A stretch of 64,000 bases of DNA from an uncultured Gammaproteobacteria bacterium (GTDB taxonomy: Bacteria > Patescibacteriota > Patescibacteriia > Magasanikbacterales > GWA2-37-8). Under the pieces are notes generated by a model. That model did no database searches. It saw only the letters and a program-made list of their open reading frames with translations, and was not told where the DNA came from. Location of the stretch: positions 1,147,773 through 1,211,772 of the forward strand of contig CAZQUL010000001.1 of NCBI GenBank assembly GCA_964596525.1, in the 5' to 3' direction. Shown here piece by piece: positions 57,030 through 64,000 of this stretch. Numbering within the stretch: the stretch's first letter is position 1; each line of letters opens with the position of its first letter. The translations under genes and the position numbers were made by a program.

Positions 57030-57151
57030 CCTTGTCCGCTCTTGGCAAGGTCTTTTTTATACTAAGGTTGTCAGATAATCCTTTTTATACTATTCTCAGA
57101 CATAGAGTAACGAACCTTAACAGTAGTAATGGCTGTGGCAGCCAAGGAGTT

Positions 57152-58834
57152 ATGAGCGTGCTTCAAGCAAAAAACATCGAAAAAAGTTACGGCCCTTTGA
57201 ACGTACTCAACGACGTTTCTTTTTCCCTTGCGCGTGGAGCAAAAGTGACCCTGGTAGGCGGGAACGGCAGCGGAAAAACTACCCTTCTACGTATTCTTGC
57301 TGGGCTGGAAACACCCGATCATGGGACGGTTGGATTTGCTGAAGGAAGCTGCCTTGGTTACCTGCCTCAAGATACCAGCCTCACCACGGATGAATCCATT
57401 ACCACGTATGTGCGAGCCGCTACGGGCATCGAAAAACTGGAGCATGAAATGGAGCGCCTGGCAGACCAGCTCGATAATCCTGAAAAGATTAGTCTTTATG
57501 GGAGTGTCCAGGACCGCTATGCGCATCTTGGCGGTTATGATTTTGACCGTAAACTCAAAGTGATGCTTGATGGTTTCGCCATGGGGACGGTTGAGCCGAG
57601 CCAATCTGTAGGCGAGCTGAGCAGTGGGCAAAAAACAAAGGTAGCCTTGATAGCGATACTGCTCAAAGGTGTCGATATCTTGCTCCTTGATGAACCGACT
57701 AACAATCTTGACCTGCCCGCCCTTATTTGGCTGGAAGATTTTCTCAAAAAGTCTCCAGCCGCCTGCTTGATCGTTTCGCACGACCGCCGTTTCCTCGACC
57801 GGATCGCCCGCAAAACACTTATTCTTGATACCAGGACCCACACTCTTAGCACCCATACCGGAACGTACTCCGAATACGTAGCTTCCGTTGCAAAGAATAC
57901 CATCCGCCAGCATGAGGAGTATGAGCAGCAGCAAAAGGAGATTGGACGTCTCGAACATCAGGCTCGCGAAAAGCGCTCTGCATCGGCGCGCGGCGAGCGT
58001 TTTGCCGGGAGCGATAACGACAAGTTTCTCCGCGGATTCAACCGTGATCGCGCCGGAGCGTCGGCCCATGTCGCCAAAACAATAGAGAAAAGGATCGAAC
58101 GGATCGAAAAGGTGGAAAAGCCGTTCGAGCGCGAGCCTCTTAAGATCCAGCTGACTGCCGAAAAGAATCCTGGCGTACGCGACATCGAACTCGTCAATGT
58201 CCTCGCTGGATACCAAAACGGATTCAGGATCGGCCCTCTTTCGCTCTCCATAAGCTACGCAGAGCGCATCGCTATTCTTGGTCTTAACGGGAGTGGTAAA
58301 TCCACGCTTCTGAAGGCGCTTACCGGCGAACTGTCGCCGCTCGGTGGACAGGTGGATATTGGTTCGGGTATTCGCTTGGGCAATCTCATGCAGGAGCACC
58401 AAAACCTGGACCGAGAGAAACGGCCGATTGACGCAGTGGTTGAAAAAACCAGCTTGAGCGAACAACTCGCTCGCGCCCAGCTGGCAAAATTCGGTCTCAG
58501 CGACAACCAGGCAACTTCTCCCATCAGCGCTTTAAGCCCCGGCTCTCGAGCACGCCTCATCCTTTCGGTCTTCGCGGCGCAGTCAGTCAATGCCCTTATC
58601 CTCGATGAGCCAACCAACCACCTGGATCTGGAGGCTCTAGAAGCGCTCGAAGAGGCCTTGGAAACGTATGCTGGCACCGTGATTCTTGTGTCGCACGACC
58701 GGGATTTCCTTGAAAAAACCGCCTTGAACGCCACCTACCTCCTTGAGGGCGGTGCGCTGACACGGATTCCAGACTATAAAGCCTATATCCGGGAGGCCGA
58801 AGAAAAAGCCCGGAAACTTCTCAAGCTCCTCTAA
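57152..58834 (+). CDS. ABC-F family ATPase (two tandem ABC domains, no TMD)
   Basis: Two Walker A sites (GGNGSGKTTL, GLNGSGKSTL), two signature motifs, an inter-domain linker. Confidence 0.8.
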   Translation: MSVLQAKNIEKSYGPLNVLNDVSFSLARGAKVTLVGGNGSGKTTLLRILAGLETPDHGTVGFAEGSCLGYLPQDTSLTTDESITTYVRAATGIEKLEHEMERLADQLDNPEKISLYGSVQDRYAHLGGYDFDRKLKVMLDGFAMGTVEPSQSVGELSSGQKTKVALIAILLKGVDILLLDEPTNNLDLPALIWLEDFLKKSPAACLIVSHDRRFLDRIARKTLILDTRTHTLSTHTGTYSEYVASVAKNTIRQHEEYEQQQKEIGRLEHQAREKRSASARGERFAGSDNDKFLRGFNRDRAGASAHVAKTIEKRIERIEKVEKPFEREPLKIQLTAEKNPGVRDIELVNVLAGYQNGFRIGPLSLSISYAERIAILGLNGSGKSTLLKALTGELSPLGGQVDIGSGIRLGNLMQEHQNLDREKRPIDAVVEKTSLSEQLARAQLAKFGLSDNQATSPISALSPGSRARLILSVFAAQSVNALILDEPTNHLDLEALEALEEALETYAGTVILVSHDRDFLEKTALNATYLLEGGALTRIPDYKAYIREAEEKARKLLKLL

Positions 58835-58885
58835 GAAGTCCGGCCCGGCATACTGCATGTCCGGGTTTTTAAACACTCCCAATCT

Positions 58886-59524
58886 ATGCCCACTCCCCGC
58901 GAGCTTGCCCATACCCTCAACAAGTCCCTGATGATCTGGCTAAAAGGAACCGGCCGTCTTGTCATCGGACTCGATGGTTACGCCGGATCAGGCAAAACGA
59001 CGTTAGCGGATGAAATTGAAAAAATTAACCCACACGTCCTCGTTATCCATCTCGACGATTTCATCAGGCACTGGAAAGTGAGAAAAAACTTGGTCGAAGC
59101 ATCCTCAGACCCAGCTATTCTTTTTGAGCACTCGTGGTATCGCTATGAAGAATTGGAAAAACTGATAGCAGCATTTCGACATGGCGAGAAAAATTTTTTA
59201 ACCCAGACGTACGATTTCGAGAAAAATGACTTCGGACCAGCCAAAGAGTTCGATCTTTCCAAAACAATACTGCTTGTCGAAGGAATATTTTTATTCAGCC
59301 ATAGAAATCCTCTGGGAAATCTCTGGGACAAACGGGTCTACATCGAACTTGATTTTACAGAAGCGGACAAACAGCGCATTGCTCGCGAACAAGAGAGATG
59401 GGGCGCGGCCTACGTACCCGAAGATCATCCGGATAACTGGACTAAATACTTTAAAAAGCACTATCGGAAGTATTGGGAAAATACCCAGCCCCAAAAATTT
59501 GCCGACCTCGTTTTAAAGAGGTAA
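58886..59524 (+). CDS. P-loop nucleoside/nucleotide kinase (uridine kinase/PRK-like)
   Basis: GLDGYAGSGKTTLA P-loop; LLVEGIFLF. Confidence 0.55.
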   Translation: MPTPRELAHTLNKSLMIWLKGTGRLVIGLDGYAGSGKTTLADEIEKINPHVLVIHLDDFIRHWKVRKNLVEASSDPAILFEHSWYRYEELEKLIAAFRHGEKNFLTQTYDFEKNDFGPAKEFDLSKTILLVEGIFLFSHRNPLGNLWDKRVYIELDFTEADKQRIAREQERWGAAYVPEDHPDNWTKYFKKHYRKYWENTQPQKFADLVLKR

Positions 59525-59893
59525 AATCCGATCTAAGAACTGATAGATTTTAATCGACGTGTTATACTATTTCTATTCATTATCCACCCTTTTCGTCGTC
59601 AGTTTTTTGATCAAAAAAGCGACAGAAAAAACAGTGCGGGAAATGGTTGTAGATTCCGAAATCCTTCATGCTTGATCGAAAATACTGCTCTTGATGAGCA
59701 GTATTTTTGTATGTTTATCACAACCCTCCTCGATCGTTTTTGCGATCATGGATAGAAAACACATGGGTGAGATTCTTTATCGCACCTCAATAGCCATCTA
59801 AATGGATACTAAGGTTTGAAGGGCATGTCGAGCGATCGGAAAGATCGTGACTTGTAGCTTTGCCCTGGAAGCGTGGATTGAAAACCGAACTAT

Positions 59894-61786
59894 TCAGACC
59901 GTCGTGCGTTCCTGGGGATCGATCCAACCCAGGTTTTTCAGCTCATCCTCGTTGAGGTCGCTGTACTCGGTCACGATAGTAGCTCGCGGATCCGGGAAGT
60001 AGCTCGGCCAGGCAGGCACTTCGCCACCGAGCTGACGGAGCCGACGCTCTTGGGTTTCCATCGTGCTGAGAAAGGGAAGGAGGGTGTTGTGCACCCAGTG
60101 CTGACGCTGGCGCTTGAGTGCCGCGATGGGCGTGTCCGGGGAGGTCTCGATGATGGAGCGTAGCTGACCGCTGTGCTCGGCGAGCATGACGGCCAGGGTG
60201 GTTTGGTCGGCTTGGCAGGCCGCAAAGAGACGCCGACGCTCCTCGATACTGCTCGTAGGATCGACCCAGCCGTACTCGCGACTGAGCCGGTCCTTACTGA
60301 CAGACCAGGGAGCCTTGTTGAGGAGCAGGTCAGATCCACTGATCAGCATGGCTGGCCAGATTGGTACGCTTATTCCATCGCGCATCATAGTTTCCTCACA
60401 GCTCACCAGGTTGATACGACACTTCTCACCATCGTCCAACCAGCGTTCGTGCAGCAGGCTCTCGATCTGGCGATGGGTGCGGCAGATGCCGTTCATGTCG
60501 GGGCGGGTAAGCTCACAGATCATGCGATCGAGGTTTAGGCGAGCCTCAACCAACTTCTGACGGGCGTCAAAGTGCTGTGCCAGCCGCAGCCGGACCTCGA
60601 TATTCAGGCCATATGTGTCGGGGTTGTAGCCTTCGAGGTCGATGTTATTCCTGGCCTCGCGGTGTCCTGCACGGCCCTGTTGCCCGCGGTTGCAGTACTG
60701 TTTCCAGTCATGGGGCGCAAAGCGCTTGCCACCGATGATGATGATCGTAAAGACCAGCATGATCCCGCGGCAGAGCCACTTTACGCACCAGGCAGGGGTC
60801 CAGATGGTGTCGGTCATTTCCACCATCTTGGAGAAACGATGCAGAGCGCCGCGAGAAACCTGCCAGCTTCCGCCACCGTACTTAGCGGCGAGTTCGTCGC
60901 GGCCAGCAGTGGTTTGCGAGAGCGCGGCAATTCGATCTAAGAAGACCTCCTTGTCCTTGCGGATCTGGTCGAGACGCTTCTGGAGCGCCTGCCGATTATC
61001 CTTCTGTTTGGCATCACGAAGAGCGGTGAGACGCTCTACTTCCTGGGCAGTCTTGGCGTCAAAGGGTTCAATGGTGGCAGCCAGGTTTTCTGCCTGCTCG
61101 GCCATCATTTTCGCGGCGGGCCCGTTACCGTAGTGACCGGAAATCTTTCCGGCAGCTTCGGTGCGGGCATCGCTGCGTACCTTGTCCACCTCCTTCACCA
61201 CGGCATCACGCTGCGCTTTGCGCTCGGCGACGTAGCGATCAAGATCGCCCTGCGCCTTCGCGGCCTCTGTGACGGCGTTCTCTCCGAGCTCCTTCTGAGC
61301 AGCGATGAGGAGTTGGTCGCACTTCTTCTCCTCGGTCTCGTTCGCCATCTGCACGATCTTGTCGACGTTGGCCTTCTCCTCAGCAACGATGCTTTTTTCG
61401 ATGTCTGGAGCAAACCAGGACACCTCGACAGCAACCGACGTGAGGCCCCAGCCGACGAAGAGAGCAAACAACAGGCGGAACACGTCGCCTTGGGTCGTGG
61501 AGGTAGACGTGTCCTGGGTGATGTACATGATCTCAAAGACCAAGATCACCGTCGAGAATATGAGTCCCAGAAACCGGGACCATATCCAGCCCAGCTGATC
61601 GTTCGCGGCGTACGTGAAGCCCCAGGTGTTACCCCAGGCCCACACATCCACGAACCACTGCATGCTGAGGATGAGAGAGAAGAAGATGATGTAGAGCGCA
61701 ACCCCTTTGGTGTAGAGAGGCGTGGCATCGCCATACTTCTTCATGCCCGGTAGCACAGGGATCCTGCTCAATTGACGAGCTTCCAT
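59894..61786 (-). CDS. Large membrane protein: 3 TM, about 200-aa coiled coil, TM, about 290-aa C-terminal domain; hypothetical (GC-rich)
   Basis: Start at M24 with AAAGGGGAG SD; architecture read from the sequence; no confident family. Confidence 0.5.
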   Translation of the reverse strand: MEARQLSRIPVLPGMKKYGDATPLYTKGVALYIIFFSLILSMQWFVDVWAWGNTWGFTYAANDQLGWIWSRFLGLIFSTVILVFEIMYITQDTSTSTTQGDVFRLLFALFVGWGLTSVAVEVSWFAPDIEKSIVAEEKANVDKIVQMANETEEKKCDQLLIAAQKELGENAVTEAAKAQGDLDRYVAERKAQRDAVVKEVDKVRSDARTEAAGKISGHYGNGPAAKMMAEQAENLAATIEPFDAKTAQEVERLTALRDAKQKDNRQALQKRLDQIRKDKEVFLDRIAALSQTTAGRDELAAKYGGGSWQVSRGALHRFSKMVEMTDTIWTPAWCVKWLCRGIMLVFTIIIIGGKRFAPHDWKQYCNRGQQGRAGHREARNNIDLEGYNPDTYGLNIEVRLRLAQHFDARQKLVEARLNLDRMICELTRPDMNGICRTHRQIESLLHERWLDDGEKCRINLVSCEETMMRDGISVPIWPAMLISGSDLLLNKAPWSVSKDRLSREYGWVDPTSSIEERRRLFAACQADQTTLAVMLAEHSGQLRSIIETSPDTPIAALKRQRQHWVHNTLLPFLSTMETQERRLRQLGGEVPAWPSYFPDPRATIVTEYSDLNEDELKNLGWIDPQERTTV

Positions 61787-62255
61787 AACACACTCCCCTT
61801 TCATTCGTAGCGTTTGCGAACCGTGCGTGTTTTTGGGTCGAAAATTCCTACCCACCTAGATGTTCTAGAAAAAAGCTAAGTAGATAGGAATTATCGGGTT
61901 TTCAATTGTACATGAACAAATGCCTGAGTTTCGCTCTTTATTTTGAGCTCATCAGTGCCACTATCTTTTGGCAGACTCAAACACCTGTATGAAGAGGTCT
62001 TTTTTTACCGTAAAAAATGGCTTTTTATACACTTGATCGTCCATTGAAATAACTACGGAATGTACCAGAAAATGGGATTTTGGTCAATAGATGTGCTTTG
62101 GCGCAGTTTCAGGTACTTTCTTCTGCGCATGAATAAAATCTTAAATTTGATACAGGAGTCTGAATCAAAGATTGAGATAAGAGAACTTTCTTTACAGATG
62201 CCTTTTAATAGTACCGGGTTCGGTCCTTGGCAGCAGAACTACAGAGGATAACAAA

Positions 62256-62283
62256 AGCACCGCGAAGGCGGTGTTTTTGTTTA
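62256..62283. terminator. Bidirectional terminator (gcaccgc-gaag-gcggtgt) downstream of the OLD-like gene
   Basis: Hairpin with flanking A/T runs. Confidence 0.55.
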
Positions 62284-62347
62284 ATAACTATTTATCTGGC
62301 GGACAAGTGCGGAGTATTTATGCGGGGGGATGAAGCGTTCATCGAAC

Positions 62348-63997
62348 TTATATTTTATTATTCTTCTCGATAAATTTTTGAATCTTTCTGCAGATTAGAA
62401 TCATTTCTGAAGAAAGATCGGAAGTGGTTTTCATATGACCAAGTGCTTTTTCCGCAAATTTTCTTTTGTTTTTAATCGCACCATATTTATCAGCTAAAGA
62501 TTCCAGGCCAAAGGTGCTTTTAAGATACTGGCCCATACGTTTATCTTTATAATCATCTTCAGTTATTTCTTTATCCAAGCCCTTTGTAGCACCCATTTCC
62601 TTAGCTACATTTTTTAAAATATTTGGGGATATAAGATTTTCAACCTCCCTTCTTCTTAGTCGATAAAAATTTATTCCCATCTTCTTTTTAATAGCTTTCA
62701 GGCGATCATCTTTCTTATTTTTTCTAGCAGTAGTTTTCTGTTCAATAGTCTCATCTATATCGTTATCCGCAATAAGAAATATATTAGACACAATACTACT
62801 TAAGGATATTTGATCTATCTGGTTATCTTCTATGAAATCCCAGTGCGATAGATTGGCACCTGAATACTCGATAAACGAATAATGCGCATCTTCGCGGTAA
62901 ACCTTATTCTTCTTAGCTATCATGTTCTGCTGCCATAGATTAAATGCATGTCTTAGATACATCCGATCAGTTATGCCCTCAACCCAAATTGTGGCGTTTG
63001 AAAGAAATACTGACGAGTTCTTAATCCCTAAGATCTCAAGCGTCTGCTTATCTTTATTGTTTACATTTTCAATTGAAAATCTTGGCGCTATTTCAACATG
63101 TTCGCTTTCTCTAAGTTCTTTTTTAAGCCTAAAAATAGAAACATCTTCATAATCCAGACTTAAATCTAGAAAATGGTTAGAATGAGTAGTGACAAAGAAT
63201 TGAATATTATTATACAAGGGAGAAGATAATAGTTCGTTCATTAATGTTCGCTGAAGGCCAGGATGGACTAGTAATTCAGGTTCTTCAATACATGCTATAA
63301 GAGGCTCATCTTTATTCTCCTTTGCATGTTCGAATAAAGGAAAGGTTATCGTTATTATATTTTGTAAACCATCACCAACGTTATAAATTTCTTTTTCTAC
63401 TTCTTTTCCAATTTTTATTGTTAAAACATCATGGCCAGCTCTAGGGATAAGAACAACTGACTTCCCTTCAAAAAATTTTTCCGATAAATATTCTTCGTAT
63501 TGCTGAACAAGATTTCTTTCTTTTAAAGTCCCAAGTAATTTAATTTTAATGGCTTCGTAAATGTGAAGGCCAGAAAACAATTTTATATTTGGGTACTTAA
63601 ATTCCTCACCTTTTGAAAAATAATCTCTTATGGTTCTTATTTCATAAATATCATCCTTTATGCCAATTGGGGGGCGCAAACCTCGAAGTATTGGTATATA
63701 CAATCGGTCAAATTTTTTTGCCTTTGAAACTCCATCCAGGAGAGTTCTAAATTCGGAGAAATCTACTAGACACAGACTATGTAATGCTGTTATAACCTGA
63801 CTTTCATTAGCATACCTAAGTGAACCGGAACGAGGCTCTGACGTGATTAAACGGACATGCCCTCTTTGTTTAAGATTTTCTACGACTTTATAAAGATCTA
63901 AAATTTTTGACACCAAGTCGTCTTCTTCACCGAATTCTCTTTCGAGATTAATTGATTCAATAGAAACTCTAATATCCGGACCGAGTTGGCTAGTCAT
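62348..63997 (-). CDS. OLD-family-like ATP-dependent nuclease (ABC/AAA_21-type ATPase C-terminal half plus Toprim-like domain); N-terminus likely beyond the window edge
   Basis: IACIEEPELLVHPGLQ (Walker B and Q/D-loop), FFVTTHSNHF (H-loop), IWVEGITDRMYL Toprim-like acidic motif. AT-rich codon usage. No P-loop within the window. Confidence 0.5.
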   Translation of the reverse strand: MTSQLGPDIRVSIESINLEREFGEEDDLVSKILDLYKVVENLKQRGHVRLITSEPRSGSLRYANESQVITALHSLCLVDFSEFRTLLDGVSKAKKFDRLYIPILRGLRPPIGIKDDIYEIRTIRDYFSKGEEFKYPNIKLFSGLHIYEAIKIKLLGTLKERNLVQQYEEYLSEKFFEGKSVVLIPRAGHDVLTIKIGKEVEKEIYNVGDGLQNIITITFPLFEHAKENKDEPLIACIEEPELLVHPGLQRTLMNELLSSPLYNNIQFFVTTHSNHFLDLSLDYEDVSIFRLKKELRESEHVEIAPRFSIENVNNKDKQTLEILGIKNSSVFLSNATIWVEGITDRMYLRHAFNLWQQNMIAKKNKVYREDAHYSFIEYSGANLSHWDFIEDNQIDQISLSSIVSNIFLIADNDIDETIEQKTTARKNKKDDRLKAIKKKMGINFYRLRRREVENLISPNILKNVAKEMGATKGLDKEITEDDYKDKRMGQYLKSTFGLESLADKYGAIKNKRKFAEKALGHMKTTSDLSSEMILICRKIQKFIEKNNKI

Positions 63998-64000
63998 TTC

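Noticed and set aside
59525-59710. Terminator-like hairpin (atactgctc/gagcagtat plus T5) about 150 nt after the kinase gene; possible sRNA
   Set aside because: No promoter or conserved structure identifiable by eye; could simply be the kinase gene's terminator with a long 3' UTR
62190-62245. GGTTCGGTCC T-loop-like motif (possible tRNA fragment marking an integration site)
   Set aside because: Flanking sequence does not form T-stem or acceptor pairing

Overview
This 64 kb window reads like the chromosome of a small-genome, probably monoderm or CPR-like bacterium, with housekeeping genes, many tight operons and several accessory insertions. Housekeeping content includes a minimal dcw-type cluster (mraZ-rsmH-ftsL) with an upstream GTGG-repeat operator, murJ, lepA, a SufS/SufU/SufC Fe-S block with ferredoxins, murA, a CtpA-like peptidase, RNase HI, ftsEX, yidC, a parvulin PPIase, an FtsB-like protein and five tRNAs (Asp, Gln, Thr, Gly, Lys). 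A heat-shock regulon (hrcA with a CIRCE operator, grpE, hsp20, dnaK, dnaJ) is present but split by two insertions. One is an AT-rich four-gene block between hsp20 and dnaK. The other, the most striking locus, is a 3.7 kb array between dnaK and dnaJ of six separately promoted and terminated genes for small paralogous cysteine-rich proteins that carry an N-terminal hydrophobic segment (signal peptide or membrane anchor). Other accessory loci are: a GC-rich RiPP-like unit next to tRNA-Lys (62-aa Cys-containing peptide, radical-SAM/SPASM enzyme, MTA/5'-deoxyadenosine phosphorylase); a terminal island holding an OLD-family-like ATPase/Toprim nuclease gene that runs off the window edge in AT-rich DNA, preceded by a GC-rich 630-aa multi-TM coiled-coil protein; a GH114-like/FG-GAP exoprotein beside an LtaS-like sulfatase; three tandem GC-rich membrane-anchored proteins with LysM-like tails; a dispersed palindromic repeat in two copies; and two SD-bearing small ORFs missing from the ORF track. 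No rRNA or CRISPR array was seen. CDS coordinates follow the supplied ORF track, with start refinements computed by codon arithmetic. Non-coding features were placed by reading the sequence by eye and may be off by a few nucleotides. Composition statements are by-eye estimates.
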